Assembly: GCA_043801585.1 (NCBI GenBank)
Contig: JAZDLX010000160.1
Coordinates: 1-12,505, forward strand
From: a bacterium
GTDB taxonomy: Bacteria > Electryoneota > Electryoneia > Electryoneales > Electryoneaceae
Direction: 5' to 3'
Length of the DNA stretch: 12,505 nucleotides
In this document: one piece after another, positions 1 to 6,679 of the stretch
How positions within the stretch are numbered: position 1 is the stretch's first letter
Layout of the letters: each line of letters opens with the position of its first letter
Notes under the pieces: model-generated
Database searches by the model: none
Seen by the model: only the letters and a program-made list of their open reading frames with translations
What the model was told of the DNA's origin: nothing
Translations under genes and position numbers: made by a program

Positions 1-1256
1 GGAGCCATTCCCCACACCAGCAGAGTGTCATCCGGAGATGCCATCTGGCGCAGTCTGTCGGCTGCTTCATGCTCGATCCGGCCACGGATGGAATAGACCG
101 GACGGATCAGGTTGTGCGGGGTCTTGATGAGAGTGACAACCGCAACAACCACCGCAAGCTCCAGGACAATGCGGCGGGTCAACACCGGATAGCGTTCCCA
201 ACCCCGTTCCGCACGTTCGATCAGCCAGGCCACGGCGAGAGCACAAAGGGGAAGCAGCGAGATGTAATAATGTGGAAACCGCTGACCCGAAACCAGCACC
301 ATGATTGTTTCCAGCGGCAACACTCCGATCAGCAGCCGTTCACGAAAACCCCAATCCTTTCGCCGACCCGTTTTTCCCGTGAGGATCAGCAGCCACCCCA
401 ACAGAGCGGCACCGTACAAGGGAAGATGATCAAAGATGGCGCCGAAGGCGACGAGCCGATGGAGCGGAGTATTGATAATCTTGTGCTGGAAATTGTAACG
501 GAACACCTGATCCCAGAATTGACTCAGTGCGTGATGTTGGCCGAGATAGATGAGGATCGGAATCCAGACGAGGAGAAAGCCGAGCAGGGCTCCTCCATAA
601 AGCCGGAACAGGTCAGAGTATTTCTTCTCGCGGACGATCTGCCAGGTGAGCACTGCTCCGAGCGCAACGGCGGTCGCCATTTCGTTCTGGCGCAGCGAGA
701 ACAACATCCCGGCCAGAACACCGGCAAAAAGAGCAAGCAGTCCCTTTCGCCTCGCGGACCCCTCCCCCGCTGTGCCGATCCAGAGAAGCGCCAACGCCCA
801 GAGCAACCAGCGGCACGGCAACGTGTAGAGTTCGATGGAATTACCCGCCTGCAGCACTCCCGTAAAAGAGACGGCATAGAGCCCCATCGCGATCAGTGCG
901 GGGCGTGTCCCTGTCCAACGCCGCAGAACCCACCACGCGAGAGGCACGGTGACGAGCAGAACCAGCAGCGACAACCACCACGCCCCGGTTAATTCCATTC
1001 CCGACATCCGAATCGCCAGTGCGTTCAGCAGAAACACCAGCGGCGGTTTCTGGTCCCAGAAGTCGAGGTAGGGAACTCCCCCGGACGCGATCACCCATCC
1101 GCCATAGGCAAAGACACCGCTGTCCCGGTGGTCGATTCCACCCGTCACCGGCATCGGCCACTGGATGAACTGGAGCCAGGCGAGAAACACCATCAGCGCA
1201 AGCAGCACCGCGACGATTTGCCACGAAGAATGTGACTTCCTGGAAACTGGGTTCAC
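1..1256 (-). CDS. GT-C-fold polytopic membrane glycosyltransferase (ArnT/PMT-like), 3' end truncated by the window edge
   Basis: Absent from the ORF track because its stop lies outside the window. Hand translation from GTG at 1256 gives MNPVSRKSHSSWQIVAVLLALMVFLAWLQFIQWPMPVTGGIDHRDSGVFAYGGWVIASGGVPYLDFWDQKPPLVFLLNALA, i.e. a TM helix then a D-x-G-x-F...PY-x-D-x-WD-x-KPP loop typical of GT-C enzymes. The same frame at the left edge reads ...LRQMASPDDTLLVWGMA. An in-frame upstream stop at 1323-1325 bounds the start. I translated the ends by hand, not every internal codon. Confidence 0.8.
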   Translation of the reverse strand, partial: MNPVSRKSHSSWQIVAVLLALMVFLAWLQFIQWPMPVTGGIDHRDSGVFAYGGWVIASGGVPYLDFWDQKPPLVFLLNALAIRMSGMELTGAWWLSLLVLLVTVPLAWWVLRRWTGTRPALIAMGLYAVSFTGVLQAGNSIELYTLPCRWLLWALALLWIGTAGEGSARRKGLLALFAGVLAGMLFSLRQNEMATAVALGAVLTWQIVREKKYSDLFRLYGGALLGFLLVWIPILIYLGQHHALSQFWDQVFRYNFQHKIINTPLHRLVAFGAIFDHLPLYGAALLGWLLILTGKTGRRKDWGFRERLLIGVLPLETIMVLVSGQRFPHYYISLLPLCALAVAWLIERAERGWERYPVLTRRIVLELAVVVAVVTLIKTPHNLIRPVYSIRGRIEHEAADRLRQMASPDDTLLVWGMA

Positions 1257-1364
1257 GGGATTCCGTTTCGTACGAAAAACGTTTTGCGGGACGGGAAAAA
1301 GTAAGGGTTCCAACGTGCAAAGTCAGAACCCTGATAGTAGAAAACTAAAATCGATTCGAGCCGG

Positions 1365-2393
1365 TCAGTAGCTCATGTCATGGATCTTTACCTTGCCGCG
1401 GAAAACCCAGTAAATCCCCGCCGTATAGCTTATGACAAGGGGAATTCCGATAACCGCGATGATCAGCATCACCATCAACGTCCGGGGGCTGGAGGCGCCG
1501 TTGAAGGCTGTCAGGCTGAACTCCGGATTCGGGCTGCTGTGGATCATCTCCGGGAACATTCCGATTCCGAACAGAGCCATCAATCCCGCGATCGCGGCGG
1601 CGGACGAGAGGAACGCGCGCATCTCACGCCCGTGGGCGACTTCGCGAGGGATGTTGGCGATGGCGAGCAGGCTGATCATGGGTGCGATGAAGAGCCAGCC
1701 GTTATTGCGGAAGGGTGCGGTCATGTGGGGAACATAAATCAGGGTGGCCATGGTGGTCATCACGTACATCATCATGAAAAAGATGATCGTGTTCTGCACC
1801 CACGACCGGATCTGTGCCTGCAATTCTCCCTCGGTTTTCATCAGCAGAAAGATGCTGGCGTGCATCATGAACAGCGATACCGTCGTCGCCCCGACGAGCA
1901 GCGCATAGGGATTCAATTGCTCCGAAAGGGAACCGCGGTATTCAAAATTCGGCCCCAATGGCACACCCTTCGCGATATTGCCAAGCGCAATCCCGATGAG
2001 CAGGGCGGCGACAATGCTGCTGACGCTGAACGCTATATCCCAGGACTGCCTCCAGAACGGTTTTGTCTGCTTGCTCCGCACGTCGATCGATACCGCACGG
2101 AAGATCAGCATAAACAAGAGCAGGATAAAGGGTGTGTAAAATCCGGAGAACGCTGTGGCATAGACTTCCGGGAAAGCTGCGAACAGCGCACCCCCACCGG
2201 TGACCAGCCACACTTCATTCCCATCCCAGAAGGGGCCGATGGCGTTGAGCAGAATACGGCGATGCTCGTCCTTTTTTGTGAACAGATGAAGGGCGCCGGT
2301 CCCCAGGTCGAACCCGTCAAGGATGGCGTATCCCGTCAGCAGAACTCCGACAAGAAGGTACCAGATGATGTTGAGCGTCTCAGACCCTGTCAT
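1365..2393 (-). CDS. cydB: Cytochrome bd ubiquinol oxidase subunit II
   Basis: 342 aa, hydrophobic, with motifs YAILDGFDLG, IGPFWDGNEVWL, GGGALFAAFP, LIFRAVS and C-terminal YWVFRGKV. GAGGAGG upstream. Start overlaps the cydA stop (ATGA). Confidence 0.97.
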   Translation of the reverse strand: MTGSETLNIIWYLLVGVLLTGYAILDGFDLGTGALHLFTKKDEHRRILLNAIGPFWDGNEVWLVTGGGALFAAFPEVYATAFSGFYTPFILLLFMLIFRAVSIDVRSKQTKPFWRQSWDIAFSVSSIVAALLIGIALGNIAKGVPLGPNFEYRGSLSEQLNPYALLVGATTVSLFMMHASIFLLMKTEGELQAQIRSWVQNTIIFFMMMYVMTTMATLIYVPHMTAPFRNNGWLFIAPMISLLAIANIPREVAHGREMRAFLSSAAAIAGLMALFGIGMFPEMIHSSPNPEFSLTAFNGASSPRTLMVMLIIAVIGIPLVISYTAGIYWVFRGKVKIHDMSY

Positions 2394-3736
2394 GCGCGGT
2401 GTCCCTCCTCAACCGATTCGCTCTCCTCGGGCCCTTTGCGAATTTTGTCGTCAAGCAGGTAGATGAACAGCACGAACAACCCCACGTAAATGATGGTGAA
2501 CAGGATCAGGCTGGTCAGTATCTGGCCGCCATCGACCGTTTTTGAAACGCCTTCACGGGTTTTCATCAGGTTGTAGACGAGCCAGGGTTGCCGCCCGATC
2601 TCCGCGCTGGCCCACCCGAGTTGGTTGGCCATTTGCGGCAACAGCACGCTGAATACATAAATCCACAGCAACGTCCTGTTGTTGAAAAGGATGCCCTTCC
2701 ACAAAAGATAGAACCCCGCCACCGCGAGCACGATCAGCGTCATTCCTATCGCCACCATGAAATGATAGGTCTGGAAGACAAGATTGACCGGGGGCCTGTC
2801 CTCCACCTTGAACGCGTGCAGACCAGTGATCGAAGCTTTTGCATCTCCGTGAACAAGCCAGGAGAGCATCCCGGGGATTTTAATGCCGATCACCCGTTCA
2901 CGGGATTCGTCCACCCACCCCAGGACCGCCATCGCCGCAGGCTTTCCATCCTCGTAGATACCCTCGAACGCTGCGAGTTTTGCCGGTTGATAGCGGGCGA
3001 CGGTCTTCGCGCCCGAGTGGCCTGTTACCAGTTGCATCAGGCTGGCAACAACAGCGACAATGAGACCGATTTTGATCGTTGCCCGGGCAAATTCTTCATG
3101 CCGCTTTTTCAACAGGTAGTATGCGCCGACCGAAATGACAAAGAAGGCTCCCGCCTGCCACGCCCCCATGACTGTATGCGAAAGGCGATCGAAGGTACTG
3201 GGATTGAGCACCATCGCCCAGAAATCGGTGATCTCCGCGCGCACCCCGGTGGCCGTCTGCACCAAATGGTACCCGGCGGGTGTCTGCATCCAGGAGTTGG
3301 CGACAATGATCCAGAGCGCACTGAAATGGGCTCCCAGCATCACCATGATCGTGCTAAAGAAATGCAAACCGGGTTTCACCTTGTCCCAGCCGAAGAGCAG
3401 GATCGCGAGAAATCCGGACTCGAGAAAGAAGGCGAAAACCCCCTCCGCCGCCAGGGCGCTTCCGAAAACGTCACCGACGAAACGGGAGTAACTCGCCCAG
3501 TTGGTGCCGAACTCGAATTCCATGACGATACCCGTGGCTACCCCGATGGCGAAGATCAGCCCGAAAATCCGCGCCCAGAATTTCGTCATGTCGAGAAACA
3601 CGCGGTTGCGGGTCCGCAGCCAGGTCGCCTCCATGATCACCAGCGCCACTCCCAGGCCGATGCTCAGCGGCGGGTAGATGTAATGGAATCCGATGGTGAG
3701 TGCAAATTGAATTCTGGAAAGCAATACCACGTCCAT
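2390..3736 (-). CDS. cydA: Cytochrome bd ubiquinol oxidase subunit I (short Q-loop type)
   Basis: 448 aa with SRIQFALTIGFH (His ligand), GIVMEFEFGTNW, AFFLES, ANSWMQTPAG, QPAKLAAFEG (Q-loop K/E), FMV (Met ligand) and AEIGRQPW. AAGGA upstream. Confidence 0.97.
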   Translation of the reverse strand: MDVVLLSRIQFALTIGFHYIYPPLSIGLGVALVIMEATWLRTRNRVFLDMTKFWARIFGLIFAIGVATGIVMEFEFGTNWASYSRFVGDVFGSALAAEGVFAFFLESGFLAILLFGWDKVKPGLHFFSTIMVMLGAHFSALWIIVANSWMQTPAGYHLVQTATGVRAEITDFWAMVLNPSTFDRLSHTVMGAWQAGAFFVISVGAYYLLKKRHEEFARATIKIGLIVAVVASLMQLVTGHSGAKTVARYQPAKLAAFEGIYEDGKPAAMAVLGWVDESRERVIGIKIPGMLSWLVHGDAKASITGLHAFKVEDRPPVNLVFQTYHFMVAIGMTLIVLAVAGFYLLWKGILFNNRTLLWIYVFSVLLPQMANQLGWASAEIGRQPWLVYNLMKTREGVSKTVDGGQILTSLILFTIIYVGLFVLFIYLLDDKIRKGPEESESVEEGHRA

Positions 3737-3989
3737 AGGGATGGGTTCCTTAGGTGTACTCCATCTGAAGGACCGTCAACACGGCCGCGAACACGGGTTA
3801 CAAAAATGTGATTCAAAGGTACAAAGGGGAGGGCAGTTGGACCTACCTGACGCTGGAGACTCGGGCTCGCGGTGCGCTCGCCCGCAGATCCTCTTGGAGG
3901 CAGGTCGAATGTGAACCGGAGACCCATCGAGACCGGATCACAAGGCGAAAACAAGTCATCCCGTACTCTCCCGGTGCGTGACCCGATAT

Positions 3990-4057
3990 GAAACCTGGGA
4001 CTGTTCGGCTTCTCCCGACGATTGGGATTCGCCGTGGCGAGAAGTCCCAGGCCACCC
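3990..4057. repeat. REP-like hairpin, copy 1 (GAAACC-[stem-loop]-GGCCACCC)
   Basis: 9-bp inverted repeat CCTGGGACT (3994-4002) / AGTCCCAGG (4043-4051). Flanks are identical to the element at 4227-4262. Confidence 0.55.
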
Positions 4058-4081
4058 ATCCGAACATGAGCCGATTTCTTA

Positions 4082-4205
4082 GTCATCCTGAACAAAGTGA
4101 AGGATCTTTGTTTTGACGCAGTCAATAATGCCATCACCTCATCATGCTGCAGCTACCGGAAAAAAACATAGATCCTTCCCCCGCCTGGTGGCGGGTCAGG
4201 ATGAC
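4082..4205. repeat. GTC-tagged palindromic miniature repeat (REP/MITE-like)
   Basis: Terminal IR GTCATCCTGA (4082-4091) / TCAGGATGAC (4196-4205). Inner IR GAAGGATCT (4099-4107) / AGATCCTTC (4170-4178). Small CCCGCC-TGGT-GGCGGG hairpin inside the right arm. Confidence 0.7.
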
Positions 4206-4226
4206 GGATCGTTGCTGCACGGGGAC

Positions 4227-4262
4227 GAAACCCGATCAGTCAACTGACTGATCGGGCCACCC
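4227..4262. repeat. REP-like hairpin, copy 2 (GAAACC-[stem-loop]-GGCCACCC)
   Basis: Perfect 12-bp IR CCCGATCAGTCA-AC-TGACTGATCGGG (4231-4256), with the same flanks as 3990-4057. Confidence 0.6.
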
Positions 4263-4296
4263 GTCGATTCCCCAGGCCCCCCGCCTTGCCAACAAG

Positions 4297-4330
4297 AAAC
4301 AAAACGCCCCCCACAATGTTGCGGGAGGCG
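4297..4330 (-). terminator. Rho-independent terminator of the exbB-exbD-exbD-tonB unit
   Basis: Minus strand CGCCTCCCGCAA-CA-TTGTGGGGGGCG followed by TTTTGTTT. The stem closes with G.U pairs only on the minus strand. It lies 44 nt after the tonB stop. Confidence 0.8.
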
Positions 4331-4374
4331 CGAAATGCCATTTCTTTCAGGCGGTCTTTCGTGTTCTGCCAATC

Positions 4375-5034
4375 CTATTCGAGGCGGAAACGGATCACCT
4401 GCTGCATCCGCACTCGCACCGGCTTGTCACGCTGGTAACCGGGGCTGAAACGCATCGCCTTGATCGCCTTGGTACCCGCCTCGCCAAATCCGAGACCCGC
4501 GGGACGTTCCTGGAGGATCGTCACATGCTCCGGGACACCGGACTCACCGACGACGAACTGGATGATGACGTCACCCTCGATCTGAGCCTTGCGCGCCATC
4601 TCGGGATAGAGATTGTTGCGCGAAAGGTAATCGTAGAGTGCCTGGACACCACCCTGCATCTGCGGCGGTTCTTCGACGAGGAAGAATTCCACAACTTCGT
4701 CCTCGACGTTCGGCGGGGGCGGGGGAGCTTCGATGGTCCAATCGATCTCGTCAATGTCTTCGAACGCGAGATCTTCCTCGACATCCATCTCCGGATCCTC
4801 GACAGGGATCGAGGGGCGTGCCGGGGGCGGCGGACGTTTCACCTGTTGCGTAATCGGAATTTCTTCCGTCTGCAGGACAACCTCTTCGGCCTTCTGGATT
4901 ACGATTCTGTTTTCGGAATTCTTCGAAAATAGAAACACCAGAATGATCACCGAAAGCGAGGCGATCATCCCATAGTCCACCAGCTTCGGGTACAACAGGC
5001 GATACTCCGCCTCAGGATGTTTCCATGAAAGCAT
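4375..5034 (-). CDS. tonB: TonB family energy transducer
   Basis: 219 aa with an N-terminal TM anchor, a Pro-rich/acidic linker (RPPPPARP, APPPPP) and a TonB_C domain (YPEMARKAQIEGDVIIQFVVGESG...FSPG...VIRFRL). AGGAGG RBS. Confidence 0.92.
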   Translation of the reverse strand: MLSWKHPEAEYRLLYPKLVDYGMIASLSVIILVFLFSKNSENRIVIQKAEEVVLQTEEIPITQQVKRPPPPARPSIPVEDPEMDVEEDLAFEDIDEIDWTIEAPPPPPNVEDEVVEFFLVEEPPQMQGGVQALYDYLSRNNLYPEMARKAQIEGDVIIQFVVGESGVPEHVTILQERPAGLGFGEAGTKAIKAMRFSPGYQRDKPVRVRMQQVIRFRLE

Positions 5035-5045
5035 GCGGAGTCCTC

Positions 5046-5450
5046 CTATTTGAAGCGAGTGGCGTAACTGACACGCAGGGTGTACGCGTCACGCAACTTT
5101 TCCTGAATATCAGTGACGAGACCCATCTCAACATCCTTATCGATCTTCAGGCTGACGACCAGACGCCGATTCTGGGCAAACTTGTCTGCGAGGATCGGTT
5201 CGACCTCAGACAAACTGATGATCTTGTCGTCCACAGAGATCCGGCCGAGCTTGTCTGTCCAGATATAGGCCACATTGCGCTTGGTCTCGAGCTTCTCGGT
5301 GGTGCGTGCGGAAGGAGTCAGCACGGGAAGTCCGCGGAATTCCTTGAACACTGTCACCACCATGAAGAAGATGAGCAGCATGAAGATGATATCTGGAAGC
5401 GACGCCGTGGGGATGTCACTGGTCGGTCTGCTTTTCTTTGCGAATTGCAT
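5046..5450 (-). CDS. exbD: ExbD/TolR family biopolymer transporter
   Basis: 134 aa with IPTASLPDIIFMLLIFFMV, a single TM carrying the conserved Asp. GGGGAG RBS. Confidence 0.92.
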   Translation of the reverse strand: MQFAKKSRPTSDIPTASLPDIIFMLLIFFMVVTVFKEFRGLPVLTPSARTTEKLETKRNVAYIWTDKLGRISVDDKIISLSEVEPILADKFAQNRRLVVSLKIDKDVEMGLVTDIQEKLRDAYTLRVSYATRFK

Positions 5451-5464
5451 CGAACGGACTCCCC

Positions 5465-5890
5465 TTACTTCGACGGTTCCGCGATCGAAATCTTCGTCGC
5501 GCCAGCGCGCTTGACTTCGTCCAGGACGGTGATGTAGTCGTTGTACGACGTCGATCGTTCGGTCTTGATCGAGACGATCAGTTTTGGCTTTCCGTCCACA
5601 TCCATTCCGCGAGCTTCAACTTTGCTTTTGATGATGTCGCGAATCTGATGGATCTCAGCCGGTTCATCGTCGATCAGGACCTGACCCTGGGCGTTAATCA
5701 GCACGTTCGAGATGTTCTCCGGATTGACCTTGAACTCACCGCCCCGGTCCGGCAGGATCATCGGGATGCCTTTGTCAAGGTCAATCGTCGTCGTCACCAG
5801 GAAGAAGATCAGGAGCATGAAAACGATGTCCGGCAGCGATGCTGTCGGAATATCGCCCCCAACTCTGATCCGGCGTTTCAGCAATGCCAT
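5465..5890 (-). CDS. exbD: ExbD/TolR family biopolymer transporter
   Basis: 141 aa with IPTASLPDIVFMLLIFFLVTT and C-terminal YITVLDEVKRAGATKISIA. GGGAG RBS. Confidence 0.92.
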   Translation of the reverse strand: MALLKRRIRVGGDIPTASLPDIVFMLLIFFLVTTTIDLDKGIPMILPDRGGEFKVNPENISNVLINAQGQVLIDDEPAEIHQIRDIIKSKVEARGMDVDGKPKLIVSIKTERSTSYNDYITVLDEVKRAGATKISIAEPSK

Positions 5891-5908
5891 GACTTCTCCC
5901 TTCCTGGA

Positions 5909-6532
5909 TTACTTTCCCGCTTTTTTCTCTTCGTAGGCGACGAGAGTGTCGATGAACTCGACCGAGGCTTCCTGCATGTCCGCCACGATCTTGTCGATGC
6001 GGGAAATGAAGAAGTTATTACAGAACTGGATGATCATCGCGACGATCAATCCAAAGAGCGTGGTCAGCAGCGCCTTGGCGATACCGACAGCGACGATGGA
6101 CGGCGAAATATCATTGGCAGCCGCAATCGCATCAAATGCGTTCACCATTCCCTGCACGGTTCCGGTGAACCCGAGCATCGGAGCGATTGCGATCACTGTC
6201 GACAACCAGACGAGATTCTTCTCGAGGAAGGACAACTCGATCTGGCCGGCGTTCATGATGTTTTTCTCAACCTGGTCGATGCCGCGTCCGAGACGCTGCA
6301 GACCTGCGTGGAAGACGGATGCGATGGGACCACGTGTCGTTGCACAGACTTCCATGGCAGCCTCAACACCTTGGTCGTGAAGCGCCTGATTGACCGTCAC
6401 CACGAATTTTTTCGTATCGACAGTCGCCTTGGTCAGGCTGATCGCACGCTCAACCACGAACGTCAGGCCGATAATGAAGACAAACAAAATCGGCCACATG
6501 AACTCGCCGCCTCTCAAGAACAACTCAACCAT
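5909..6532 (-). CDS. exbB: MotA/TolQ/ExbB proton channel protein
   Basis: Motifs APMLGFTGTVQGM and GIAKALLTTLFGL. Start moved from 6622 to the ATG at 6532 (MVELFLRGGEFMWP, 207 aa) because GGAGG lies 7 nt upstream and the 30-aa extension is not family-like. Confidence 0.92.
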   Translation of the reverse strand: MVELFLRGGEFMWPILFVFIIGLTFVVERAISLTKATVDTKKFVVTVNQALHDQGVEAAMEVCATTRGPIASVFHAGLQRLGRGIDQVEKNIMNAGQIELSFLEKNLVWLSTVIAIAPMLGFTGTVQGMVNAFDAIAAANDISPSIVAVGIAKALLTTLFGLIVAMIIQFCNNFFISRIDKIVADMQEASVEFIDTLVAYEEKKAGK

Positions 6533-6649
6533 CCTAGCCTCCGTGTGATGGCTGTTACGATTAGGGGACTCCGGCGCACCGCCGGTGCCGCATTTGATCT
6601 CGAAACTTGTGAAAAAGCGCAAAATGCCCTAAACATCCCAAGCCCCGCT

Positions 6650-6679
6650 ATTTTACTTCTCCTGCGGGAACTCTGTCAA
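6650..6679 (-). promoter_or_regulatory. Sigma70-type promoter for the exbB-exbD-exbD-tonB unit
   Basis: Minus strand TTGACA (6679-6674) - 18 nt - TAAAAT (6655-6650). The -35 hexamer contains the TGA stop of the upstream protease gene. Confidence 0.65.

Noticed and set aside
3664..4137. 157-aa and 74-aa minus-strand ORFs in the tonB-cydA spacer
   Set aside because: They run through palindromic repeats, the longer one overlaps cydA out of frame, and neither has family motifs or a clear RBS.
4197..4256. Possible hammerhead ribozyme (GGACGAAAC resembles the stem II/GAAA junction)
   Set aside because: The CUGANGA core is missing (CAGGATGA instead) and stems I-III cannot be built.
6533..6622. N-terminal extensions given by the ORF track for ExbB (6622), the protease (8421) and the aminotransferase (9777)
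   Set aside because: Downstream ATGs have well-spaced SD motifs and family-typical N-termini. The extensions look like non-coding leader sequence.
6607..6624. Possible Rex operator (TTGTGAA half-site) in the exbB leader
   Set aside because: The second half-site CGCAAAA matches TTCACAA at only 4/7, which is too weak on its own.
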